NCBI RefSeq assembly: GCF_009914755.1 | Contig: NC_060943.1 | Direction: 5' to 3' (one strand) | DNA from: the human T2T-CHM13v2.0 reference genome, Homo sapiens | Length of the DNA stretch: 64,000 nucleotides | Part shown: one piece after another, positions 1 to 26,520 of the stretch | How positions within the stretch are numbered: the first letter of the stretch is position 1 | Layout: every line of letters begins with the position of its first letter | Translations under genes and position numbers: made by a program | The notes under the pieces: model-generated | Databases searched by the model: none | What the model saw: the letters and a program-made list of their open reading frames with translations, nothing else | What the model was told of the DNA's origin: nothing

Positions 1-271
1 AGCCAGGGGCCTTCTGGCCGGGCCCCCCAAGCAGGCTGCTGAGGCCGTGTCTGCAAGCCACATCCTGGCTGCTCACCACTTCCAGAGGCGGCTCTGCCCT
101 CCCACACATTTGCATGGTCCAGACAAATCCCTTTCACCCCCCTGAGGCCTGTGCTCATCCTGTCGTCATGGCCTCCCCTGCCAGCCCCAGGCTGCCCCAG
201 CAGGAAAGATTAAGGGGGGACCAACAGGGCGGGAGCCTGCGGTGCTCAGGGCCCTGCTACCTGTGCCCCAG

Positions 272-347
272 GTGCGCTACCTGAAGATCATTGAGAAGAG
301 TGGGTACCAGGCCCTGCCCTGGGTGCGTTATATCACGCAGAATGGAG
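272..347 (+). CDS. AP1M1: AP-1 complex subunit mu-1, penultimate coding exon
   Basis: Acceptor ...gccccAG at 270-271 and donor G|GTGAGT at 348. Translates VRYLKIIEKSGYQALPWVRYITQNG+1 nt, the adaptin mu C-terminus. L and N residues fit mu1A (AP1M1) rather than mu1B (AP1M2). Confidence 0.96.
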
Positions 348-485
348 GTGAGTGAGGCCCTACCCGTGGGGTGGGGTTGTACTGAGGGGTCCTCTGTGGC
401 TGCCCCCAGGGTGGAGCCATCGGGTCGGGTCCCGAAAGCAGGGAGGGTGCAGAGCCCAGCATGACGCCTCCCTCCTGTCTCCTAG

Positions 486-508
486 ATTACCAGCTCCGGA
501 CCCAGTGA
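486..508 (+). CDS. AP1M1: AP-1 complex subunit mu-1, last coding exon (DYQLRTQ-stop)
   Basis: Polypyrimidine tract plus ctAG at 484-485, candidate branch point TGAC at 462-465. The phase-1 join gives GAT TAC CAG CTC CGG ACC CAG TGA. Confidence 0.96.
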
Positions 509-1420
509 GGGGCTGTCGCAGCCAACACCCCGGCCTCGGGGCTCCTGGTGGCAGCACCAGGGGACACACCTGCCAAACCCACCAGATGGAGGGGCCCTCC
601 CTGGTCTCTGGCCACCCTCCCAGCCTCTGCCCAGGGACCCCTGCCTTCCCCAGGCCATCTGCTCTGCCGTCGACACTCGTCTCAGAAGCCCCTTTCCCAG
701 AAGAGGCTGGTCTTCAAGAAGTCTCGTTTCTTTGCCCCTGAAGTCAGTTTCAGGGGAAGGATGTGAAATTTTTCCGTGTAGAGGTTACAGCCTTTTATGC
801 TGTTGAGCTCCCAGGTACCAAAAAGCTTGGCCAACGCTTGCCAGCCAGCCAGCTGCAGGTGGCATCTGCCACGAAGGAAGCGCCAGCCTCGCCAGGCCAG
901 CAGGGGCGTCGTTTTGTTGCCATTTTGTTGAACGTTATGGGTTTATGGGTGTTCCTGGAACTTGTCTTTGTGCATTCGTTGCTGTTTGTGTTACCCTCAC
1001 TGTCCCCATGTCCCACCCACGTCCTACGGCACTCAGGAAGCACTTGGTGAGGACGAGCCCTCACCCTTCTTGTCTTCCTTCCCGGCAGCGCCCGCAGCGG
1101 GCCATTTACACGTCGAGGCTGGCACCTGGCGCGCTCGGGGGCCACTGTAGCGTCTGCCTGCTCCCTGGACTCGCAGGCCTCGCCTGTGGCGCCTTCCCAG
1201 GGCCAGCCTGGGTCACGAGATGCTGTCACTCAGCCAGATCAGTATTGACCCACCAGGGGAGGTGGGGTTTGGTGAGAGACGCCAGCCTCAGACTTTTTCC
1301 CACTGAGGGTCCAGAGAGCGGGGCCACGTGTCACCCACGTCTGCGCTTGGTCACCCGTCCTCCCCACCCTGTGTGTGTTTATGTCATAGTTACATTAAAT
1401 TCCATTCATTGAATACTCCA
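509..1420 (+). other. AP1M1: AP1M1 3' UTR (proximal form)
   Basis: Unique sequence from the stop codon to ~20 nt past ATTAAA; the 3' end is inferred. Confidence 0.75.
1394..1399 (+). terminator. Polyadenylation signal ATTAAA (proximal)
   Basis: First canonical-variant hexamer after the stop codon, preceded by a TG/T-rich stretch. Confidence 0.7.
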
Positions 1421-1759
1421 CAGCCTTCCTCTGATGCAGCGTGGTCCCAACTCCTCCTGCGTGACCACAGGGCTTGCCTGGTTTTGTCGCCGACCTTCCC
1501 TGTGGCCCCACGAGGTGTCACCAGCTCCCTCTGCTTCCCCAGCTGAAACACAGGAAAAGCAGCTGCGGGAAGAGGCAGCTGCAGTGCTGGACCATGGGCC
1601 ACCACTCCTGGGCCACACAGAGGAGGCCACAGAGGCAGAGTCTTCTCTCATCCAATCTGCTGCACCCTCAGATGGCCAACAGCTTGTCCCCACCTCTCCC
1701 CAAACTGATGGCCCACTCAGAGCATGGTCCTTGTGTCCACAGCAGCATCCCCTGTGTCC

Positions 1760-1860
1760 TAGCTAGAAATGCAGGTTCGTGGGCCAGCCCTGACCTGCCA
1801 AAGTGGAGGCTCTGGGGCCAGGGTCCCGGAAAACATTAACAAGGCCCCCAGATGCTTCTT
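1760..1860. mobile_element. MER5-like hAT DNA transposon fragment
   Basis: tagaaatgcag...ctctggggccaggg...taacaag...cagatgcttct resembles the MER5A core. Confidence 0.45.
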
Positions 1861-2699
1861 CTGTGAACTGCTACTTGGTCCATGGGGGAAATAGCACATA
1901 TGCAGGAAGTGCTGCCTGCTCTTGGCCCCCTCCCCGACCAGTGCTGATGGCCCTGCCTGGCCAGCACCCTCTTGCCTTCATTCTCCCCCTCCCTCTCCTG
2001 TCTTGCCGAGCTCGTCCTCAGGTGTCTAGTGGGCATCCGACCTAACAGCCTGAGTAGAACCTTCCGCCCACGTAGGTCTTCCCCATCTCAGTCAATGACG
2101 CTGCCCCAGCCCAGGCCTCAGACCAAAGCCCTGAAGGCATCCCTGGGGCCCCTCCCCTCACTGTCCACACCCATATCAGCAGCCAGCCCTCATGGCCCCT
2201 CCAGAAAACCCTGGGGCTGACCCCATTTGCCATCCTCGCTGCCACCCCCGGGGCCTAGCTCCAGTGTGGGCTGTCACTGTCCCCACCCTGTGGAGCCCCC
2301 ATGCTGGGACACCGCAGGGACAGGAGAGGGCTGGTCCACAGGACAGAAGAGAGACTTCAGTTTCCAGCAACTTATCAGATAAGACCTGCAAACCCTCCAC
2401 TACAGACTGTAGAAATGCAGGAAATGAAGCAGACGCACCTAGCCGTGCCCATAAAAAAGCAAGGAGACCCACAGGAGCCCAAGACGAAGGAAGTAGACGC
2501 GGAAGACACCGTGGGGGCTCACACCGGAGTTGCTCTTGGAAACCACCGGGTTTAGGTTTGGGGGCCAGGTGGCAGATAGGACTTTGGGCATCGGGAAGAT
2601 GGTGAAATGCAGTGGAGATGACTCCTGCGTGAAGCTGGGATCCTCGAGGGTCATGATACTTAACAGTAAAAAGATGGACTAGAAAAAACATTTGCCCTC

Positions 2700-3220
2700 C
2701 ACCCCTGAGAATAAGCACTGTGTCCTCTCTCTGCCTGAGATCCACAGGAGAAAAAGTCACCACTCATTTAGACCCCACGCTTGTAATATCAATCTGGTTT
2801 GCAGACAACCAGGCCAAGATGTTTATGACAGAAAACCTCCCTGGAGGGACCTAACTTCATGCCTTGTTACCTAAGATCCTCGCACACAATAGACCCTCAA
2901 CATGAGGGCACATCCTGAAAATTACAAAACACGTGCATGAAAGCAAACTTGAAACAGCAGGATCAGATCCTCACGAACTTCAAAGATTATCGGCATGTAA
3001 ACAAATACACTATGCAGTCAATCTGTTGCAAGTGCCTAAAGGCACAGAGACTCTGAATAGAAAAGAGCAAAATGCTGTTAAGACAGAGCTGTTACAACAT
3101 CCAACAAGGCAAATAATTTGCATGCGGGTTATAACGTCTACAAATCAGAAAAAGAGAACCTAACAAAATGGGCTGTGTGTGAACAGACAGTATGAAGAAG
3201 ATGAAATACAAATGGCGACC
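2700..3220 (+). mobile_element. Old L1M fragment
   Basis: A-rich, degenerate L1-like composition; continues between Alus to ~4.8 kb. Confidence 0.45.
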
Positions 3221-3224
3221 GTTC

Positions 3225-4210
<986 letters not shown>

Positions 4211-4796
4211 CCTCCTGAACATCTAGAACGTGCTAGCTATGTACTGACTGTGGGAAAGTTGAGAACATCCTCCCTGAAGTCATCTTTATGCCAGAATTCT
4301 CTTGCAGAACTCTAGTTGAGAAAAGCCCTGAGAAGTCCATGCACCAATATATAGAGAAATATCAGGTGTACAGTTACACTTACAGCAGCATAGTTCATGA
4401 TAGCAGGAAATTGGAAAGCAACCAAAAGTCCTTCAATAGGAAAAGGGACCACTGTAGTCCATTCATGCAAGAGATTACAGCAGTGAAAATGAATTCAACT
4501 AGAGCAGTGATATGGCTCAGAATACAACTTAAACAACATTGAGCGGGAAAAATGTTTACAAAAGAAAATGCAGTAATCTAGTATAAAATACGGAAATAAT
4601 ATTTTGCGTGCTTAGGGATCTATATATATCCAGCAAAAGTCTAACGAGATGCTTGAGAATTTGAAAAAATTCACATCCCTGGTTATCTCTGAAAGGCAAA
4701 AACAGGAAGGGGGTATGACTGGGGCCTCTGCTGTGTTGGCAATTTCCTTAAGCTTGGTATTGCTTAGTGGCTTGTTCTGTATTCTTTCTTTATGCT

Positions 4797-5870
<1,074 letters not shown>

Positions 5871-5998
5871 TAACAACTTGGTTGGAGGGTGTTAAAATAC
5901 AAGTGAGACATAGATGAAGAGAATTAGTGCACTAGAAGAGAGCTGTCTGAGGCAGTTACCCGGGACATAGCACAGCTAATGAGACATATATATATTTA

Positions 5999-6312
5999 CA
6001 GTCAACCCTCCACATCCATGGGTTCTGCATCCATGGATTCAACCAAGAGTGAGTTGAAAATATTTGAAAAACAATTGTGTCTGTGCTGGACATGTACAGG
6101 TTTTCTTTTTTATTGTCATTATTCCTTAAATAATACAGTATAATGATTATGTAGCATCTACATTGTATTAGGTAATCTAGAGATGATTTAAAGATGATGT
6201 GCATAGGATATATGCAAATATTGTGCCATTTTATATAAAAGACTTGAGCATCCTCAGATTTTGGTATCCAAGGGGAGTCCTGGAAGCAATCCCTTGAGGA
6301 TATGGAGGGACG

Positions 6313-6317
<5 letters not shown>
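5999..6317 (-). mobile_element. MER2 (Tigger-family non-autonomous DNA transposon)
   Basis: Termini cagtcaaccctc...gagggacgact form a terminal inverted repeat. Internal ttgagcatcc..gattttggtatc and aggtaatctagagatgatttaaag match MER2. Confidence 0.85.
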
Positions 6318-6376
<59 letters not shown>

Positions 6377-6390
6377 ATGTGCGTGTGTGG
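6317..6390. repeat. (TG)n microsatellite
   Basis: Direct reading. Confidence 0.95.
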
Positions 6391-6407
6391 TTAGCACAAG
6401 ACAATAA

Positions 6408-10640
<4,233 letters not shown>

Positions 10641-10658
10641 GAATAAATAACATGGATA

Positions 10659-10930
<272 letters not shown>

Positions 10931-10948
10931 AATAAATAACATGGATAA

Positions 10949-11649
<701 letters not shown>

Positions 11650-11699
11650 TGACCTCTCTGTTCCTAGGAGTGTGACAGCATTTGGGGGGGAAAATAGCG

Positions 11700-12860
11700 T
11701 AGAGTTGGAATTTTTAAAATTCAGTTTGACAAAATGACTTTTAGCTGGAGCATTAAGTCCCTTTACATTTAATGTAATAACTGATATTACATTTAAGTAT
11801 AAATTTAAATCTACCGTCTTACTTTGTTTTCTATTTTTGTCCTTTCTATGTTCTCTTTTATGTCCTCTCTGGATTTATTACAGATTGTTTGTGGCTTTTA
11901 AAAAAAGTCATTGCTTGAATGATGAGAGCTTATATTTAAAAAGGCAGGGGGCTAAAATAAATAAATAATTTAAAAAATAAAAATAAAGTCATTGTTTTCC
12001 TTTGAATGTTTGAGAGTTACAATTCTAGGCTGGGCGAGGTGGCTCAAGCCTGTAATCCCAGCGCTTTGGGAGGCCAGCCCAGGTGGATCACCTGAAGTCA
12101 GCATCGTGAAACCCCATCTCTACTAAAAATACAAAAATTAGCCGGGCACAGCGGCATGTGCCTGTAATCCCAGCTACTCGGGAGGCTGAGGCAGGAGAAT
12201 CACTCGAACCTGGGAGGCGGAGGTTTCAGTGAACCAAGATCTCACCATTTCACTCTAGCCTGGGCAACAAGAGCAAAACTCCATCTCAAAAAGAAAGAAA
12301 TATATATGAGTAGATATTAAATGTGTACACATATATACATATATAAAGGCTAAAATAATGATCTAAGCCTCCATCTCAAGAAGTTAGAAAAAGAACAACA
12401 AAATAAATGTAAGAGCACAGAAAGAAGGAAATAATAGGGAGTAGATACAAAGAAAATGGAAAAGAAACACTCAATAAAGAAAATCAACAAAGTGAGTTTA
12501 TTTAAAAAAAAATGAATGAAATTGAAAAACCGCTAGGGAAATTGATCAACATGAAAAGAAAGCACACATAGCTGTTACTGGAATTGGGTTGGGGGAGACA
12601 TTACTATAGATTTAAAGACATTAAAACGATTAGAACAGGACACATGTCTAGGGTTGTGTGAGGTATTCACTTCCCAAGGGTAGAGAGCTTCTGCTCACCA
12701 AGCTGTGATCCCTGGCCTAGAGTTCCAGCCACATAGCGAGAAAGGGGTTTCTTTTTCTAATTCACAAAACACGATACAGGCTAGTGGACCCCCAAATAAA
12801 AGAATATTTAGAATAAAACCCTATCAAAAAAAAAAAACAATAGCTAGAACAGTATGAACA
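11700..12860. mobile_element. L1M fragments with Alu 12028-12300(+)
   Basis: atgatctaagcctccatctcaagaagttagaaaaagaaca...aaatcaacaaa is L1 ORF2-like. Confidence 0.7.
11956..11987 (+). terminator. Candidate distal polyadenylation signals (AATAAA cluster) for an extended AP1M1 3' UTR
   Basis: Several AATAAA hexamers followed by a T/GT-rich tract (ttgttttcctttgaatgttt). The A-rich context could also cause internal priming. Confidence 0.4.
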
Positions 12861-12867
12861 ATGCTAG

Positions 12868-13305
<438 letters not shown>

Positions 13306-13379
13306 TTATTTATGGCCAAATAATAAAAGATAGAGCCATCATCAGCATGTCTGTGATGGCCTAAGACCATCTTTTAATA

Positions 13380-13800
13380 AAGATTGTAATTCAGGTCATT
13401 CCCCTCCCCTGCTCAAAATCCTCCCATGGCTCTCCAGTGCCCTCAGAGTAAAGTCCCCGCTCCCTTGTCCTCCGGGTCCAGCTGGTCCTCCTCTGGCTTC
13501 CACTCTCGCCTTTCCTCCCTCTTCACCTGCCACTCGCGCCTCTTTGCCCCAAGCTTGTTCTCACCTCAGAACCTTTGCAGTTGCCAGTGCCTTCTGTCTG
13601 GTGCACCCTTGCCTCCGCTGCCTCCTTGAAATTCATTGCTCAACTCAAGTGTCCCCTCCCCTCCAGCCACTCCAGCTTGTCGAAACATGCAGCTGTGATT
13701 TGTTCCACTTTTGCTGGCACACCCCTGGTCTGCCTAGAAGTTCCACAAGGACACCCCCGCCCCATCTGATTTGTCACTGCTGTGTCTCTAGGGTCCAGAG
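13380..13800. mobile_element. L2 fragment
   Basis: ggtcattcccctcccctgctcaaaatcctcccatggctc...cagagtaaagtcc and acctcagaacctttgca are L2 3'-region motifs. Confidence 0.7.
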
Positions 13801-13849
13801 CAGTACTGCTCTGGGACTGGGATCTGGGGATGCAAGGCTCTGCCAGCCG

Positions 13850-13868
13850 TGACCACCAGGGGGCATCC
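13850..13868 (+). promoter_or_regulatory. CTCF motif
   Basis: TGACCACCAGGGGGCATCC matches the core CCASYAGRKGGCR exactly. Confidence 0.6.
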
Positions 13869-14061
13869 ACGGGTCAGAAACCACGGCTTGGAGACCCACC
13901 CGGCCAGGCCACAGAGAGAGGTGTGCGGGACAGGCCTGGGAAGAGGGAGACTCCAGCCCTCTCTGAACACAGCGACCCCAACACCACTGCTATCCTTCCT
14001 GAGGGTCCTCCCTGCAGCCTGATGGTGAAGATGAGGAAACTGAGGCTCAGAAAGGCCACAG

Positions 14062-14350
<289 letters not shown>

Positions 14351-15104
14351 GCCACAGAAATGTCAAACACTCCTTCCCCCTCCTCACAGGACATTGACAG
14401 GGAAGCTACAGATGGAGGGTGGGTGGGGACGCTGGGGTCCCTGGCCTGGCTGGGAGGACCAAGTCAGGGCAGCCAGGCTCAGACTGACCCTGCTGTCCAT
14501 GAGGAGCCTCAGCTCACACAGGCAGCCCAATCCCTGCCTGGGTTCAGCAGCTCCCATTGCACACATGGGGAAACTGAGGCTCAGAGACAGGCTGGAGCTG
14601 GACTCTGTACACCAGAACCCGGCAGGTCCTGCCACACCATTGCTGCCCAACGAATCCTCCCCAGCTGCCATCTGTGCTGGGGCTTGGGGACTCAGTGTGG
14701 ACGACAGCAGGCGGGTGCCCCTCACCCACTTCCCACCAGTTCCCTATTCAATAGATGGAGAACTGAGTCTGAGCCCACCCAGCTTCATCCAGGGGCTACA
14801 AACTCAGACTACCCCCCACAAGAGGAAACGCCCAGTGGCCTGCCCCTGGAGTGGGTAGGGAAGCCCCGTGTTCAAAGCTGTGCCCCACAAACCTGGCTCC
14901 CCGTGCTGTGTGACCTTGAACAGGCTCCTTGCCCTCTCTGGGCCTGTTTCTCTGTCCACTGGGGGCCTCTTCATGCCATTTTGTTAGAAGAGTCTCTAAA
15001 AGAAGAAAAAGATCACTTGTCAACCAATTAAGAACTGCTCAGATGCTCTTTCTAAGCACTGAGGTTCTTTTACATGACACAAAGACCCTGATATGGCCAG
15101 TGCG

Positions 15105-16330
<1,226 letters not shown>

Positions 16331-16334
16331 CACC

Positions 16335-16364
16335 GTGTGTGTGTGAGTATGTGTGTGTGTGTGT

Positions 16365-16405
<41 letters not shown>
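16335..16405. repeat. (TG)n microsatellite
   Basis: Direct reading. Confidence 0.95.
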
Positions 16406-16409
<4 letters not shown>

Positions 16410-16655
16410 ATAAGGCCCCTGGCCAAACTGGGAATATAGTGCCTAGAAATTTCTGGCAAGTTCTTTTCTCTGAGCGCTTTCCTCTGCATCAACCCGTCCC
16501 TCCCACCAGAGCCTGCTCGACCCTGGCTGACCATAGTCCCCTTCCAAAGCGACCCCAGCCCGCCCAGCCTCAGGGCAGTATCTGCACCTGTGTTATGTCC
16601 CCATCATCCATGCTTTGAATGCTACTGATATTTTGTATACTTAAAGTGCTACCCA

Positions 16656-17679
<1,024 letters not shown>

Positions 17680-17848
17680 TCAGGCTGGAGAAAGTTAGTG
17701 GGTGTGTCCTTCTGATTAGAGGACCCCTCACCACCCAGACTCTTCTGGCAATCTCCAGCTTATTTTACAAAGCCCAGCTCTGATGACCCCTCCTTCAGGC
17801 AGCCCTCCTGGATCTCCCAGGAAGGTCCTGGCTCTGGCTTATCCCTGA

Positions 17849-18224
<376 letters not shown>

Positions 18225-18399
18225 AGTTCTCTTTCTTTGGTGCTCACCCTTTTGTCCAACACCCCAGAGACGCTTCTGAGACCCATGGTGCTTGCTGAAA
18301 GCATCTGGGCACCTTCTCAGTGCTCAGCCCTTGTCCAGGCCCACAGGCAGCTCTCTGCCCAGTCTGAGTGTCCCCTGAACTCTCCAGCCCCACTCCTGA

Positions 18400-18560
18400 C
18401 CCTCATTCATTCATTCGTTTGAGTATTTATGGAGCACCTGCTGTGTATGTACAGAGACTCAACTGACACAGACAGACAAAACCCCAGTCCCGGGGAGTCA
18501 TGGGATGGGAGACAGATGACCTTGACTGTCACCACATGGCACATGGGTTGTCGGGCGGGC
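18400..18560. mobile_element. L2 3' end fragment
   Basis: cattcattcattcgtttgagtatttatggagcacctgctgtgt. Confidence 0.65.
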
Positions 18561-18977
18561 AGGCGCAGGAGGGGAGGCGAGGACACAGCAGGATGGAGAC
18601 CCCAAGTCCCTGGAGACGGGGCCCTGTACTGGGGGCTGGGGCTGTGAGGAGGGCACGGGGGAGCCACAGCGGGTTCTGGGCGTCAAGGCCACCTCTGGCC
18701 GCCGATGGGAGAGGGAGGAACCCGGGCAGGAGGGAGGTCAGGGCGCCAGGGCGGGAGCAGGGAGCGATGGTGGGGCCCCACTGGAGAGCGGGTGGGGAGG
18801 GAATTGTGGGATTTGGGTGCAGCCAGAGAGAGTGGAAGAGGCTGAGGCCAGCAGGGTTGTGGGGGTGGGGAGGTCATGGGGTGAGGGTGGCGTGGAGGGG
18901 CCCCCACACCCTTTGGGCAGCATACACATCTGACCAAAGATTCAGTTCCTCAAAAATGCCACATTGGCGCGTGTGTG

Positions 18978-19668
18978 CACATGGGCAGAGCATGCACACG
19001 GACACGCACGACACACACAGGCACACACACCTGCACACAGAGACACACGATATACAGAGAGGTATACAGACAACACACACAACACAGACACACACACACA
19101 ACACATGGATGCACACACACACAGACACACAACACACAGAGACAGAGACACAGAGACACCACACACCACACACATACAACACAGAGACACACACATAACA
19201 TATGCACATCAAACACAACTACGCTCAACATAGAGACAGACACACACAGAGACATGCAACACACAGAGACACACACAGAGACACACATACAACACACACA
19301 GACACATACGCAGAGACACACAACACACAGACACACAGAAACTGACAACAGACACACATACAACACACACGTACAACACAGAGACAAACGCATAACACAG
19401 ATGCACACATACAACACTCACACACATCAAATACAACTACACACAACACAGAGAGACATACAGCATACAGACACACATATAACACACACAACACATGTGC
19501 AACACAGATATAACACATAGATGCACACCAAGCACACACAACACACACAGACACACAAAACAAAACTACACACACAACACACAGACACACAACATGCACA
19601 GAGACACAAGCATACAACAGCCACAGAGACACACAGACACCATGCATACAACACAGACATACACATAC
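18978..19668. repeat. Degenerate CA-rich (CA/CAGA) low-complexity repeat, ~690 bp
   Basis: Direct reading; abuts a 5'-truncated Alu right-arm piece at 19669-19767. Confidence 0.95.
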
Positions 19669-20306
19669 ATCGCTTGAACCCGGAAGGCGGAGGTTGCAGT
19701 GAGCCAAGATCGTGCCACTGCACTCCAGCCTGGGTGACAGAGCGAGACACCGTCTCAAAAAAAAAAAGCCCATTTTGCAGAAGAAAACTGAGGTCAGAGA
19801 GCAGAGGCAATGTCCCCAAGCTCTGAATAGTCAGGAGTGAGCTGGAGCCAGGACCTTCACGTGGCAGGGACACAGGGCAAGGACTGGCACGTGCCAGCTC
19901 CCAAGACAGCAGGCTGGGAGCCTCCCTGCAGCCCAGAACATTCCCATCCCCACGGCAGTTCCTGCAGGGCCCCTCCCCCGCCCCGCCTGCCCTGACGCTG
20001 AGCTGAGCACATTTCCCATCCCACCCCTGGCTCTGTTCCATTCCAAGAGAAACAGGTTGCACCTGCACAGTTCCCAGAAGGCCCTGGGCAGCAGGAGGCC
20101 AGCCACGTGAGTGGGTGTGTGTGGAGACGTGCAGTCACATTGCAGCCCCCACCATGCCACTGCGCAGGAGGAGCAGGGCCACGGGTAACAGAGCCACTAA
20201 GAGGGGCGTGTGGGGCACTGAGCACTCAAGCACTGGAGCCAGCCAGACCTGAGTACCACCCAGGCTCAGCCACTTGCCAGCCTTTACCTCAAAGGAGGGA
20301 GGAGGG

Positions 20307-20735
<429 letters not shown>

Positions 20736-20799
20736 ACAGGAGGGTTCTATGAGGGGGCTTGGGAGATGTGTGCAGGAGGGGCCCCAGCAGGCCGGGAGA

Positions 20800-21230
20800 G
20801 CTACATAATATAACATAAAGTTCACCATTTTTAAAGTGAACAATTTGGTGGCATTCAGTACATTGACAATGTCATCCAACCATGACCTCCACTTCCAAAG
20901 GAGACCTCATCCCCATCAGTAGCCATTCCCCATTCCCCTCCCCCAACCCCTGGCAGCCACTCCTCTGCTTCCTGTCCCTATGGATTTGCCTGTTCTGGGC
21001 ATTTTATATCAGTGGAATCCTACACCGTGTGTCCTTTTGTGTCTGGCTTCTCTCACTCAGCACCGTGTTTTTGGGGGCTCATCACGCTGTAGCATGGGGC
21101 AGTGCTTCCTTCCTTTTCATGGCTGCATTGTATTCCATTGTGTGGATGAAACATGTTGTGTTGACCTGTTCACTTGTTAATGGGCACTTGAGTTGCTTCC
21201 ACTTTGGGGCTATTGTGAATAGCGCTGCTG
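20800..21230 (-). mobile_element. L1MB-type 3' end
   Basis: aacataaagttcaccatttttaaagtgaacaatttggtggcattcagtacatt. Confidence 0.85.
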
Positions 21231-21462
21231 TGAGTGCATGTGTCTGTGTATGTGTGTGTCTGTCTGTGTGTCTATGTGAGTGTGTGTGTCTGTGTGTCTA
21301 TGTTGTGTGTCTGTGTGAGTGTGTCTGTGTGTCTGTGTATGTGTGTGTGTCTGTGAATGTGTGTGTCTGTGTGGGTCCATGTGTCTGTGTGTGTACGTGT
21401 GTCTGTGTGTGTGTGTACGTGTGTCTGTGAGTGTGTGTGTCTGTGTGTGTGTGTATGTGTGT
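21227..21462. repeat. Degenerate TG-rich repeat
   Basis: Direct reading. Confidence 0.95.
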
Positions 21463-21529
21463 ACAAGGATTTGTTTGGTTCTTCCAACACACTTTTTGTG
21501 TTCTATGACCAGGAGATCCAAGTAACTCA

Positions 21530-25139
<3,610 letters not shown>

Positions 25140-25249
25140 TCAACTCTTGGGCAGCCAGACTGCAAGTCCAGTGCTCCTTCCAAAACTTGTGTGTATGGAG
25201 AACCCACCACCTGTGCCCTGACCCCCTCCTGGTTCCCCACAGCCCCTGC

Positions 25250-25600
25250 CCAGGCCAGGACACCCTGTCCCCTGGGTGTCCCTGAGGTCACAGATAAGGC
25301 CGCTGGGCCCGGCTATCGGCAGGAAACATCTTGGCAGGACAGGAAGCGCGGCATGGGTCAGCCGCGCCTGCACCCGGCTCAGCCTATCAGCGGCCAGATA
25401 TTTTGGGAGCCACTATATAAACCCCAACTCGGCTCCAAGCTGTTCCCCGGGGAAGCCTCAGGCTTCATGTTCTGCGGCAGCCCTGAGGCTGCTGGAACAC
25501 GGGGCCCGGGAGGAGCTCAGGAGCTGAGCGGGACAGAGTGACAGGGGTGGACTCCGTCCGGGCATCACTGCAGGCCAGAGGGTGCTGGCTCTGAATCGAG
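25250..25600. promoter_or_regulatory. Candidate enhancer or eRNA promoter (GATA, ETS, MEF2-like, TATATAAA)
   Basis: Unique CpG-enriched island: AGATAA 25292, CAGGAA 25320 and 25340, ATATTTTGGG 25398, TATATAAA 25414. Confidence 0.55.
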
Positions 25601-25833
25601 CTAGCCCCTATTCAGTCCTGGTGCAGACACTCTCACTTGCTGGGCAAGTGGCTTCACCGCCCTGTGCCTCAGTTTCCCCCTCCCCACATCCCTCCTTTGA
25701 TCCTGTCCCAGGGAAAAACACACCTCCAGGTCCTGGAGCCTTTTCTGAAGTTTCTGGGCCGACATCTGAGGGCCAACCCACTTTCTCCCAATGCAAAGCA
25801 GGGCCCAGGAATCTGCATCTTAAAACCTGCCTT

Positions 25834-26199
<366 letters not shown>

Positions 26200-26319
26200 T
26201 CAAGTTCAAGAACATACGGTGGGTCCAGCTCCTCCACCCAAAAAGTTCAGTGGACAGGCACCCAGCGTGACACCGCATAACTGCTGAATTTGAGCCACAT
26301 TATAAGAATGGGCTGTAGT

Positions 26320-26520
26320 TATTCCCATTTTACAGAAGAGGGGTTGAGGCCCAGAGAGGGGCAGGAAGTTGCCTGAAGCCACACAGCAGCCCAGAGGCCA
26401 CGCCCTATCAGAATCTCCACCCCGTGCACCTCTCAGGAGATGCTCCAGGGGTGATGTGGCCAGCCAACAAGCAGTGGGGTTAGGATTTGAACCCGGGTCT
26501 GCCTGCTCCACGACCCCTTG
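26320..26520. mobile_element. MIR
   Basis: attcccattttacagaagaggggttgaggcccagagaggggcaggaagttgcctgaagccacacagc; ggatttgaacccgggtctg. Confidence 0.75.

Noticed and set aside
551-1262. CTCF-like words in the AP1M1 3' UTR (e.g. CCACCAGATGGAG at 579, CCACCAGGGGAG at ~1250)
   Set aside because: They lack the conserved GGC end and are too weak without ChIP data.
352-2763. Multiple 100-195 aa ORFs after AP1M1
   Set aside because: They lie in the GC-rich intron, 3' UTR and flank with no recognisable homology. The true CDS is the two short spliced exons, which the ORF track misses.
18500-19826. Overlapping His/Thr- and Cys/Val-rich ORFs
   Set aside because: Products of the stop-poor CA/TG repeat; the same applies at 21.2 kb and 53.5 kb.
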